Part shown: positions 40,023-48,624 of the stretch, one piece after another
Position numbering within the stretch: position 1 is the first letter of the stretch
Layout of the letters: each line of letters begins with the position of its first letter
From: an uncultured Gemmatimonadales bacterium
GTDB taxonomy: Bacteria > Gemmatimonadota > Gemmatimonadetes > Gemmatimonadales > GWC2-71-9
NCBI GenBank assembly: GCA_963715665.1
Contig: OY970263.1
Location: forward strand, 253,514 to 317,513
Direction: 5' to 3'
DNA: 64,000 nt
The notes under the pieces: generated by a model
What the model was told of the DNA's origin: nothing
Seen by the model: the letters and a program-made list of their open reading frames with translations, nothing else
Databases searched by the model: none
Position numbers and translations under genes: made by a program

Positions 40023-40247
40023 TTGCCTGGCTGCGACCCCGGACCCAACGCCTACTGTGTCTATGGCGATTACACCTCGTGTGAAGATTCGGGCGGTGAT
40101 GCATCAGTGTACTGTACACAGCTACAGCAGTACACGGAGTGCGCCGGGCAAGGTTCCTTCGACTACGGTGAAGAGTGCGACGATAACAGTGCGGCGTGCA
40201 ATGGCAACGGTACCCTTGCCATTTGCGACTGGGATCCTTGGTCCTGA
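40023..40247 (+). CDS. acidic Cys-rich small protein, family member 2 (5' end split by the IS)
   Basis: 8 Cys in 74 aa. The frame is open upstream to the IS end (39966) and encodes VALSAGVALLGARNKPAWA, a signal-peptide remnant. No good start codon remains on this side of the IS. Confidence 0.55.
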   Translation: MPGCDPGPNAYCVYGDYTSCEDSGGDASVYCTQLQQYTECAGQGSFDYGEECDDNSAACNGNGTLAICDWDPWS

Positions 40248-40260
40248 ACTTCGATAGGGT

Positions 40261-40306
40261 CAGGAGTCGCGTCATGTCACGGTCAGTGTCGATGACGCGG
40301 CTCCTG
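40261..40306 (+). terminator. strong stem-loop after peptide gene 2
   Basis: CAGGAGTCGCGTCAT, a 16-nt loop, then ATGACGCGGCTCCTG (14 of 15 bp paired), 14 nt after the stop. Confidence 0.45.
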
Positions 40307-40387
40307 GCAGCTGCCCGAATGCACCCCTGAGCGCTCTGTCCCAGCGGATCTGGTAGCCGCCCCAGTTGATCTGGAGGTCCACGCCAC

Positions 40388-41065
40388 ATGAGAATTCAGA
40401 CGGCCATCGGTGAATGGGTGTCGAGGGGGTTCGTCCTGATTGCGGTCACATGCGCCGTCGTCTCGACGGTTGTGAGCCTCCGAGGGAGTGGATCGCACAG
40501 CATCAATCTTCGGGCTCCCAAGCCGAAGGTCGTCGCAGATTGGACCCAATATGAAACCGGGGGACACCGAATAGGCCCGCAAGCAGCCAAGCTGACGATT
40601 GTCGAGTTTGCTGATTTTGAGTGCCCTGTGTGCGGTCAATTTGAAAACCGAGTACTGCCGGGGTTGAGGCGAGAATTTCCGAACACAATATCGGTCGTAT
40701 TTCGCGAATGGCCGCTCGCCCAACACCACCTCGCGTATCCGGCCGCGCGCGCGGCTGAATGCGCGGGAGAGCAGGGTCGCTTCCAAGAGTATCACGATCT
40801 CCTGTACGCTAAGCAAGACTCCTTGGGCCTACTAAGCTTCGTGGACTTTGCCATCGAAGCCGGTATCCCCGATACGGCGCGATTTGCGGCTTGCAATGCA
40901 CGCCCCGGTGCTGTTAGTGCAATCGATGCCGATGTCGCCGCAGCAAGGCGTCTTGGCGGCCGCGGCACGCCGACGCTGATCGTAAACGGGCTGTTGCTTC
41001 TTGGACTGCCCGACAGCGCGGATCTTCATGATATAGTCGCGGCTCAACTGAAGAAGGCCGGCTGA
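40388..41065 (+). CDS. membrane-anchored DsbA-family thiol:disulfide oxidoreductase, paralogue 2
   Basis: GGAGG upstream, a TM helix and FADFECPVC. Collinear with 1086..1769. Confidence 0.8.
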   Translation: MRIQTAIGEWVSRGFVLIAVTCAVVSTVVSLRGSGSHSINLRAPKPKVVADWTQYETGGHRIGPQAAKLTIVEFADFECPVCGQFENRVLPGLRREFPNTISVVFREWPLAQHHLAYPAARAAECAGEQGRFQEYHDLLYAKQDSLGLLSFVDFAIEAGIPDTARFAACNARPGAVSAIDADVAAARRLGGRGTPTLIVNGLLLLGLPDSADLHDIVAAQLKKAG

Positions 41066-41160
41066 GCGAACACCTTTCAGAGGTCTTGCGTGTTGCGATT
41101 CGACGAAACCTCAGTATTCTTTGTCGCTGGAATTAGACGAAGTCTACCACTGAGGGACCG

Positions 41161-42336
41161 ATGATCGGTGTGCGGGCCACAGTTGCACTTATTGGACTGC
41201 CCTCTGTGGTGCCCATGCATGGTATTGCGCAGGTCGAGCGGCACTTTGCGCTTGTCCCCGTTCTCACCATCGATAGCCCCGTGGTTGACTCTGCCATCGC
41301 GGGAGGCGTCTTCCAATCCAATGGGCAAGTTGTCCTCTTTCAGCCGCAACGTGACCGCATCATCGTTTTTGACGCCTCAGGTCATCAACTGGCGGAAACG
41401 CCGGGTCGAGGCGAAGGGAAGGGTGAGTTCATACGACTCAGCGCGGGTGGTCCCGCACCCGACGGCTTCTGGGCTTATGATGCGCTTCGAACCAGAGTCA
41501 CGCTCTTTAGGCTCAATGGATCGGTGGTTCGAAGCGTTTCGGTGCCGACCTTTAAGGCCGCGCCTTCGGGGTCGGACGCATCATTCGACATCCCAAACGG
41601 ACCATTCACATACGTCTCGGCGATTCCGTGGACGGGCGAATACCTTGTGAGCAGCGTGGTTGGGCCCGAGGCCTCGGTCCCGCGGACGTGGCGGCGCCCA
41701 GCAGGTGCCGTTCAAATCCTGGTAAATGCGTCTTCCGGTGGGATGATTCGGAACGTGGTCGCCTGGACACCGTTCGTCCGGTGCGACACGACGGTGAACG
41801 TCGCAAATGATGAGCCGATCCACACACGGATGCCATTTTGTGTACAACCCATCAGGGCCGTTGGCCCCGAAGGTCACGTTACCGCAATAGTTCAGGCAAT
41901 AATGACCGGAAGGGATAGCGTGGATTTCGTCACTACCTCGCTTGCGCCTCGCGGTGATACGGTTTTTGTGAGTCACGTTAGGGCTCGTGCCGTGCCGGTC
42001 ACGCCCCAGGCAAGAGATAGTGAAGTGACGCTGATGGGTCGAGGCAAGACTGCGGCGGAGATCGCAGCGCTTCGCCAATTGTGTCCCGCGTCGTATTCTG
42101 GACTGAAGTCGGTGGTGGTCGGCGCAGATGGTTCCGTGTGGATCGAGCAAGTAGCGGCGCGAGGCCGGCGAACATGGATTGTGCTCGACTCGAGCGGCGT
42201 CGAATGGGGACGGTCGACGCTCGCGAGAGAAATTCGGCCCAAATTTGTGGGGCTTGCGACGATGTGGGGTATTGAGGAGCACCTCAATGGCGGGAGTGTG
42301 CCAGTGCACTGGGTGATTCACCGTTCCGGGCAGTAG
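41161..42336 (+). CDS. six-bladed beta-propeller family protein, paralogue 2
   Basis: Signal-like N-terminus, IIVFDASGHQLAETPGRGEGKGEF and repeated blade-like segments. Confidence 0.65.
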   Translation: MIGVRATVALIGLPSVVPMHGIAQVERHFALVPVLTIDSPVVDSAIAGGVFQSNGQVVLFQPQRDRIIVFDASGHQLAETPGRGEGKGEFIRLSAGGPAPDGFWAYDALRTRVTLFRLNGSVVRSVSVPTFKAAPSGSDASFDIPNGPFTYVSAIPWTGEYLVSSVVGPEASVPRTWRRPAGAVQILVNASSGGMIRNVVAWTPFVRCDTTVNVANDEPIHTRMPFCVQPIRAVGPEGHVTAIVQAIMTGRDSVDFVTTSLAPRGDTVFVSHVRARAVPVTPQARDSEVTLMGRGKTAAEIAALRQLCPASYSGLKSVVVGADGSVWIEQVAARGRRTWIVLDSSGVEWGRSTLAREIRPKFVGLATMWGIEEHLNGGSVPVHWVIHRSGQ

Positions 42337-42340
42337 TCGT

Positions 42341-44185
42341 ATGCCTATCGGAGCGGCGCTGCTGTATATGGCACTGGCGCTACAGGCTGCGCCGGCCCGC
42401 GGTGGGCAACCCAATAATCCGGTGATTGACCCCCGCGGCGGTTGGTTCCGGCAGGTCAGTTGGTCGGGGCCGAGTCGCCGCGCTGCACCATCGTGTGTCG
42501 GCGGCGGAATCAATCAGCCGGACATCGATGGGATGGGTACCGACTCGCTCCTGACGCTCCAGAACGACGGTGCGACCAGCGCGGAACGCAGCGGAGCGTG
42601 GCGGGAATGGTTGCTGGTCGGTTGCGTTCGCCTCCGACTGGCGTTTCCGCTGGGTGGCGCGGTCAGGAACGCGGAGATCCTCATGCCCCGCGGAACGTCG
42701 TGGCAGACCGGCGCACGGCGGGCCTTTCTCAAGGCTGCCTTCGCTGCCCCGAGGGAGGTCGAGGCGTGGCGATCCCTCGCGTTCGCAACACTGCTCAGCG
42801 TACCAGGGGACGTACCTGTCGTCCCGCGGATGCTGCCAGATTGGAGTTCTCAGATTGTTGATTATCCGCAGACCGGCGGCCGTGTGAATCTTGAGCCGGA
42901 GACGACCGCGATCTATGGTGCGGTACGGGCGGGTGTTGTCGATCCGCTCGTATTCCGGGCGTGTCTCGTGGGGATGATCTTCGAGGGGAATCTCGGCGGC
43001 GCTCGCGATTGCGGGACGCGCGCGTTGCTCGCGGGCCAGGATTCCACCTGGCAGCTCCTGCGCCTGGCGTGGCTGTCGTACCACGAGTCGGATTCCGTTG
43101 GCGGCGATGCGGAACTTGCCGCCGCGGTGGCGGCGGCGCACGATTCCGCGAGCCGGACGCAGATCGGATGGCTCTGGGAACGAGAGCATGATCCACATGC
43201 GGCGTATTCGCCGTTTGATATTGCATTGAGCGTGCGGCCGAATCTGGGAGCGGCAGGAACGGAACTCCTGCAGAAGCGCGAGTGGCTTGCCCTTCCGGAT
43301 TCCGAGCTGACCAGATGGGTAATTGGCCAACTTGGCACCAGTGAGGGAAAGGCAACATGGAGCGATCCGCGCGCCGTCGGTCTGCATTTCTTCATGTCGT
43401 TGACACTCGGAGATGGCGGCGACTTCCGGCCATGTATCCCTGACCGTGACACGGTGGCGGTCTGTGTGAGACGCGGCAAAGCCCTTCCCCGTGACCTTGT
43501 TGCCGCCCGTTGGCGGGGCTGGGATCCGACCACCGAGGCCCCGATTTCGCTGGTTCGCTTTGTCAGGCCGTCGCAAGGCCGCGGTGAATCTGATAGCATC
43601 GAGGTTCGCCAGTGGAATGGTCCTGGCGATTCCTTGCTGGATACGATTGTGGTCTCGTCATTCGCCGCCGGGCATGACGCGGCGAGCGGGAATGATCTGA
43701 TCGTGCGCCGTCTGCCGAACGAACGCCATTGGAGTGTCGTGTTGGCGCCAACGGCGTCAACTGACGCACCGATGACATTCCAGGAGAGCCAGGACGCGCT
43801 CGGTACGTCCGGCGCCATCGCGTTGTCGGATGTTGCGATCGGCCCGGCATCTGCTGTGGCACCGTCCAGCGCGGTTTGCGGTGAGACGTTCGTTGTAAGG
43901 CCGCGGATTGACCGGAACGCTGGCGCGACGGTGTGCTATCAGGTCCGCAGCAGACAAGTGCCGATCGCGATCGCAATTACTGAGACGGTGATGGCGACGA
44001 CGGGTGGGTCGCATCCGTCGGTCGCGATCAGGACGTCACGCACGCTTGGTGCGACGACAACGACCGTTGCAACAGCTGTCGATTTGCGACACTTGCGTCC
44101 GGGCTCATATCGGCTCGTCATCGAGATCGGCGAGGACCCGAAGTCTCCGGGAGCGCGGGCGATTACCAAGTTCGAATTGTACTGA
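42341..44185 (+). CDS. hypothetical secreted protein (614 aa), no recognised domain
   Basis: Starts 5 nt after the propeller stop and has a signal-like N-terminus. I recognised no family motif. Confidence 0.5.
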   Translation: MPIGAALLYMALALQAAPARGGQPNNPVIDPRGGWFRQVSWSGPSRRAAPSCVGGGINQPDIDGMGTDSLLTLQNDGATSAERSGAWREWLLVGCVRLRLAFPLGGAVRNAEILMPRGTSWQTGARRAFLKAAFAAPREVEAWRSLAFATLLSVPGDVPVVPRMLPDWSSQIVDYPQTGGRVNLEPETTAIYGAVRAGVVDPLVFRACLVGMIFEGNLGGARDCGTRALLAGQDSTWQLLRLAWLSYHESDSVGGDAELAAAVAAAHDSASRTQIGWLWEREHDPHAAYSPFDIALSVRPNLGAAGTELLQKREWLALPDSELTRWVIGQLGTSEGKATWSDPRAVGLHFFMSLTLGDGGDFRPCIPDRDTVAVCVRRGKALPRDLVAARWRGWDPTTEAPISLVRFVRPSQGRGESDSIEVRQWNGPGDSLLDTIVVSSFAAGHDAASGNDLIVRRLPNERHWSVVLAPTASTDAPMTFQESQDALGTSGAIALSDVAIGPASAVAPSSAVCGETFVVRPRIDRNAGATVCYQVRSRQVPIAIAITETVMATTGGSHPSVAIRTSRTLGATTTTVATAVDLRHLRPGSYRLVIEIGEDPKSPGARAITKFELY

Positions 44186-44246
44186 GCGATCGCCGCGGTG
44201 CGTGATCGCGTGGATCAAGCGTCGTGGGCAGTTCTGGTCAATGCCC

Positions 44247-44481
44247 CGCTCACTGGCCGCGCACAGGGTGCTAGTTCAGACGCCGATGACCGCAAAGTGA
44301 CTGCCACGTCGGCGGTCTGACCGAGACTAGCCGCAGCGTCCGCCGGACTGCTTGCCCGACTCGCGCCGTGTCCCTTTATCTGTCTGCCTCGGCTCGCGCG
44401 CCGCTTGCACGGTCCAGGTCCGCCGAGGCAAGCCAGATCATCCAGGGACCATCTCGGGCTCATCGAGCTCAGGATAGGGCG
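44247..44481. repeat. conserved non-coding module downstream of the XRE gene (copy 2)
   Basis: Near-identical to 35917-36153. Confidence 0.7.
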
Positions 44482-44730
44482 TCACCTGGCCACCTGGGGG
44501 GCAGGTGGCGGGTCGCAGCGCAGGAAGGCGAAGATCGCCTGGCGGGTTGCTGTCGCCGGGACCGTATTGCCCAACTCCCAGTTCCTTATGGTCGCCTTGT
44601 CCACGCCCATCTGGACCGCCACCTCTCGTTGCAGCAGCCCAAGGTCGATCCGCCGCGCTCTGATCTGGTCCCCTAAGTGCTTGATCTGCTTGGGGTAACC
44701 CGGCTTCGGGGTCGGTGCCGTCAGCCGCAA
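44482..44730 (-). CDS. XRE-family HTH protein, island-end copy 2
   Basis: 82 aa, a paralogue of 36154..36402 with scattered substitutions. Confidence 0.7.
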   Translation of the reverse strand: MRLTAPTPKPGYPKQIKHLGDQIRARRIDLGLLQREVAVQMGVDKATIRNWELGNTVPATATRQAIFAFLRCDPPPAPQVAR

Positions 44731-44746
44731 CGGTAGTTTGGCAACA

Positions 44747-44796
44747 AATCCCTGTCCCTGCGGCTACCTCGGCGACGCGACGCGGCAGTGCAGCTG
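44747..44796 (+). repeat. 50-nt comM core fragment (att-like)
   Basis: AATCCCTGTCCCTGCGGCTACCTCGGCGACGCGACGCGGCAGTGCAGCTG matches comM 30332-30381 with 2 mismatches, after which homology stops. Confidence 0.8.
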
Positions 44797-44947
44797 CGAT
44801 TGGCTGTCCCTGGTCGGCGAGACTATTCTTACCCAGGCGTACTAGCTCGCCAATGGCGTGGAACTGCAATTCCGGTAAGGATGGTCGTCCTGGGAGAGGC
44901 TGTTGAGTAGGCCACAGCGTGCTGGGCATACCAATAGAGTAGTTGGG

Positions 44948-46060
44948 ATGGTGACAGCTGCGTTTTCAACGGCAGCAGTTGGGCTTCTCGTTTGGGTGTC
45001 CGGTTGTAGCCATTCGGCGCCATTTGTCACCGGCAACTATTTGACCGACAGCGTTCGCGTCTCCGGCCCCTTCGCCCTCTTGACCGACGACAAGGGAACA
45101 TCGGACCCGGCATGGAACGCGGACGGTCAGGGGTTCCTGTATCATTTCCTGATCCGGCCGCCGCTCATCAACGATGTCAAGATCGCAATCCAATTCGGCA
45201 CCAGAGTCCAGCTCGTGCTGAAGGACAGCATGGATGTCTGTGTCGGGATGTTTCCCGCCACTGGCGGCAATCGGCACTGGACGCTGTGCGACACCCGCGA
45301 TCTGCAGTGGGATTCTGTCAACGTGTTCGGCACCACAGCGATCGCACCCAATGGCAGGTTGCTCTACCAAGAAGCGGTCGGGCGTACCGATTATCCGCTG
45401 CCGGTCGACTACCACGTCGACTTTTGGCTGGCGGACACGTCGCGTCCGTTCACGCGTCGGCGCTTGTTGGCGCTGTATACCGACTCGTCCGGCATTCCGA
45501 GGTCGCCCCCGACCACCGTCAACTGGGTAGAGCAGGCGCAGTGGCTCGGAGCAGACTCGTTTCTGGTGATCGGACGGCACATCCTTCCCGACAGTGCCTT
45601 GACGACTCTTGGACTGGGAGTCGGCAGGATCACGGACGCCGGCGCCGACCTGCAGCTGATTCCCGGAACTGCGGCGATACAGCGTTACGCCATCGCGCCG
45701 GGCGGGAGGGCGGCAATCTTCACCGACGGCACGTTGCAGGTCTGGCGAGCGGCATTCGATGGCGGGATGCCGGTCCCCTTCGTCACCATCCCCGCCATGG
45801 CCCACCGATCGATTCTCGATATCGCATGCACGGGCAATGGATGCCGGCTGCTCGTGCAGGAGACGGTGGATACCGTGGAGGGGCGCAATGCGCTGCAGGT
45901 CGCACGCTCCTGGATCTGGTCGGTGTCGGCGGACGGGAGTGCGTTGCAGCAGCTGATGGAGTTGCCCGGCGGGCCACGCCTGGATCAGGCGGCGCTCGCC
46001 CCGGTGGCGAACAGCGTGGTTGGTCGTGCCAACGGCGAGCTGTATCTCATCCGGCCGTAA
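44948..46060 (+). CDS. lipoprotein with TolB/PD40-like beta-propeller repeats
   Basis: Lipobox (LVWVSGC) and PD40-like repeats (APNGRLLYQE, IAPGGRAAIF, SADGSALQQL). A different family from the GxGPGEF propellers. Confidence 0.55.
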   Translation: MVTAAFSTAAVGLLVWVSGCSHSAPFVTGNYLTDSVRVSGPFALLTDDKGTSDPAWNADGQGFLYHFLIRPPLINDVKIAIQFGTRVQLVLKDSMDVCVGMFPATGGNRHWTLCDTRDLQWDSVNVFGTTAIAPNGRLLYQEAVGRTDYPLPVDYHVDFWLADTSRPFTRRRLLALYTDSSGIPRSPPTTVNWVEQAQWLGADSFLVIGRHILPDSALTTLGLGVGRITDAGADLQLIPGTAAIQRYAIAPGGRAAIFTDGTLQVWRAAFDGGMPVPFVTIPAMAHRSILDIACTGNGCRLLVQETVDTVEGRNALQVARSWIWSVSADGSALQQLMELPGGPRLDQAALAPVANSVVGRANGELYLIRP

Positions 46061-46069
46061 ACGCACAGG

Positions 46070-46627
46070 TCAGGTGCCGGACTCGGCCTCGGTTACCGGG
46101 CGTGTCCCGGAATGGGGCTTTCGCCAGTCTTGACGATCTGACGGGGCACGGAATGTCGACTGGATGTGTCGGCGCGTCCCGATCGTCCATCCGCCTGCAC
46201 CGAAGGCACCGGGACGCGAAGAGACCTTGGGCGGAAGGATCGATGAGCGGGCTGATCTTTGGCGCGACCACAGCTGTCTCGGGACGGTCCCTCGCGTCCG
46301 GTGCCTCTCCCACGGGTTGAGCGGTTGACCCTTCAGGGTCAAGGACCACCCTTGGATAGCCGGAGCCCGGCGTACGGCCTCACTGGGCGTCGCGGGGGCG
46401 GGGAACGGGTCGTACCCCAGGAACGCGACGATCGCGGGATAGGCGGCCGTCATCGGGGTCGTGTGGCCCAACTCCCAGTTCGTCACCGTGGCCGTGTCCA
46501 CGCCGATCTGGGCCGCCACCTCTCGTTGCAGTAGCTCAAGATCAATCCGCCGAGCCCTGATCTCGTCCCCTAAGTGTTTGATCTGCTTGGGGTAACCCGG
46601 CTTCGGGGTGGGTGCCGTCAGCCGCAA
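46070..46627 (-). CDS. XRE-family HTH protein, island-end copy 3 (C-terminally extended ORF)
   Basis: The first ~75 aa are near-identical to copy 1. The remaining ~100 aa are not conserved and may be read-through of a lost stop. Confidence 0.55.
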   Translation of the reverse strand: MRLTAPTPKPGYPKQIKHLGDEIRARRIDLELLQREVAAQIGVDTATVTNWELGHTTPMTAAYPAIVAFLGYDPFPAPATPSEAVRRAPAIQGWSLTLKGQPLNPWERHRTRGTVPRQLWSRQRSARSSILPPKVSSRPGAFGAGGWTIGTRRHIQSTFRAPSDRQDWRKPHSGTRPVTEAESGT

Positions 46628-46643
46628 CGGCAGTTTGGCAACA

Positions 46644-47129
46644 AATCCCTGTCCCTGCGGCTACCTGGGTGACGCGACGCGGCAGTGCAGCTGTTCGCCG
46701 ATGGCGGTGCAGCGGTACCGCGCGAAGATCTCCGGGCCGTTGCTCGACCGGGTGGACATCCACCTGAGTGTCCCGCCGGTGGCCTACGACGATCTCACCG
46801 CGCGCAAGGCAGCGGAATCGAGTACCGTGGTGCGGCAGCGGGTGGAGGCGGCGCGGGCGCGGCAGCTGGAGCGGTTCCGGGAGGTGCGCGGGGTGTATGC
46901 CAATGCACACATGGGACCCAGGGAGTTGGCCAGGTTCGTGCGGACCGATGCCGCGACCGATGCGGTGCTGAAGCAGGCGATCGTCAAGCTGGGGCTGTCG
47001 GCGCGCGCGTATCACCGCGTGCTCAAACTGGCGCGGACGCTGGCGGATCTGGAGGGGGCGGCCGAGGTGGGGCCGCAGCATGTGGGGGAGGCGATCCAGT
47101 ACCGGGTGCTGGATCGGGGGGAGGGGTGA
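46644..47129 (+). pseudogene. comM: comM 3' fragment (copy 2)
   Basis: Matches comM 30332-30817. Homology continues downstream through the VNTR and the regulator to about 48060. Confidence 0.9.
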
Positions 47130-47228
47130 GGGCGGGGGCGGCACAGGGGCCACCGATCAACGCTTGACTGTCGGGCAACCTGGCTGTGAGGCCGGGTTGA
47201 CACGCGTTGCACCAGCCGGTACCGTTGA

Positions 47229-47273
47229 ACGCCACGCCACGCCACGCCACGCCACGCCACGCCACGCCACGCC
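47229..47273. repeat. pentanucleotide tandem repeat (ACGCC)x9
   Basis: Counted directly. The paralogous site at 30917-30946 has 6 units. Confidence 0.9.
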
Positions 47274-47290
47274 CCGCCGGCAGCGGTGTG

Positions 47291-48007
47291 ATGCGCTCGC
47301 GGGAGGTTGGTGGCGCTAAGCCGAGGCGTCGACCGATGACTGTGTGCTGCCTGCTACCCGGCGAACCGACGGCGATTGACGCGGGGCCGCCTGCACCGCG
47401 CCCGCTGGGCACAGTGTTCGTGGTTCCGGGCGGCGATGATGATCTGGCGCGAGTCGCCGAGTCCGTCGACCAGTGGCGCGCCAGTCCGTGGTGCCCGACG
47501 GTGCTGGTCGGCGCCGATAACGTTGCGCCTCGGACGCTCGACCTGCTGGTTCCCTCTGCAATGCATGTAACCCCGCTTCGCGGTGAGGTCTTGCAACCAG
47601 CCGCCGAAATCAGGAACGGGATCCGTCAGCGCCGGATTCCCGACGCCACCGATGTTGCCGCCTACATCGCGTTCAGGACGTCGCTCGGTCTGGCCAACCT
47701 GTTCTGCGACATACGCGATTCGGCGGGCGACGCCGACTTGCTGCGCCGATCGCTCCGGAGGTACGGAGCATGGCTGCCGCACGATTGGCGGGCACTCGGG
47801 AGTTGCCTCAAGCTGATCACACGGGCGGTCGCGGCCGGGCATGCGGAGGCCAGGGCGGCGGAGCTGGCGGGCGTGGACGTCAAGACGGTCTCGCGGTGGT
47901 GCCGTCGGTACTTCGGGCTGACCTGGCGGGAGCTCGTGGGAATGGACGCCTGGGAGGCGGCGCTGGAGGCCGCTCTGCGGGCGGGTGGATATGTAACAGA
48001 TCGCTGA
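47291..48007 (+). CDS. island-borne HTH regulator, copy 2
   Basis: Near-identical paralogue of 30958..31674, with the same start-codon uncertainty. Confidence 0.6.
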   Translation: MRSREVGGAKPRRRPMTVCCLLPGEPTAIDAGPPAPRPLGTVFVVPGGDDDLARVAESVDQWRASPWCPTVLVGADNVAPRTLDLLVPSAMHVTPLRGEVLQPAAEIRNGIRQRRIPDATDVAAYIAFRTSLGLANLFCDIRDSAGDADLLRRSLRRYGAWLPHDWRALGSCLKLITRAVAAGHAEARAAELAGVDVKTVSRWCRRYFGLTWRELVGMDAWEAALEAALRAGGYVTDR

Positions 48008-48060
48008 TCGGGGCGAAACTGGGCGAAAAGCAGCGAAAGGCACTGTTTTCTGGTATGGCG

Positions 48061-48122
48061 GAATACGGGGGATGGGTGAGTGTTGAGGGTGCGAGGCCGC
48101 GACAGTTTGAAGAATACGGGGG
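48061..48122 (+). promoter_or_regulatory. direct repeats GAATACGGGGG x2 upstream of peptide gene 3
   Basis: Identical 11-mers at 48061-48071 and 48112-48122, 51 nt start to start, just where homology with island copy 1 ends. Confidence 0.35.
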
Positions 48123-48279
48123 CTCGAGGTAGAACACGGGACATCTCGTGGCCCCGTGGGGCCATGATCTGCCGGTCGACCACAGGCCGGCGCAATAGGT
48201 CAAGGTTCCGGAGGAGCGGGCGTCGTCGGGTCAGAATGCCGTCGTCGGCTTCGTGGCGGAAACCCTATCAAGGAGGCAG

Positions 48280-48561
48280 ATGATGATTATCGTAAAGAGT
48301 GCTATCCGGTGTTTGGGAATGGCCGCGACGGTCGTTGCGCTCGCCGCCATTTCCGGTCAGTCGAGCCGACTGCGCGCCGAAACGGGCGCAACTTGCGATG
48401 CGTCGGACCCTTCGCATGCCTGCGTCAAGACGACCTTTGATCAAGGCGACCAGTGCTCTTCGCACTCGGGCTGCACAACATGTGAACCGCTCACCGGGTA
48501 CAATTGTGACCCCTATGGTAGCGGCGTATTCAAGGAAGATTGGAAGATGGACTGGGATTGA
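48280..48561 (+). CDS. secreted acidic Cys-rich small protein, family member 3
   Basis: AGGAGG at 48271-48276 before ATG 48280. 33-aa signal peptide (cleavage guessed after SRLRA) and a 60-aa mature part with 6 Cys. Confidence 0.65.
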   Translation: MMIIVKSAIRCLGMAATVVALAAISGQSSRLRAETGATCDASDPSHACVKTTFDQGDQCSSHSGCTTCEPLTGYNCDPYGSGVFKEDWKMDWD

Positions 48562-48587
48562 CCGATCAGGCGTTGAGTCACGCTACG

Positions 48588-48624
48588 GATACGCGGCCGA
48601 GCGATTGTGTACCGGCCGCGTATC
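48588..48624 (+). terminator. strong stem-loop after peptide gene 3
   Basis: GATACGCGGCCG, a 13-nt loop, then CGGCCGCGTATC (perfect 12 bp), 27 nt after the stop, with no U tract. Confidence 0.45.
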
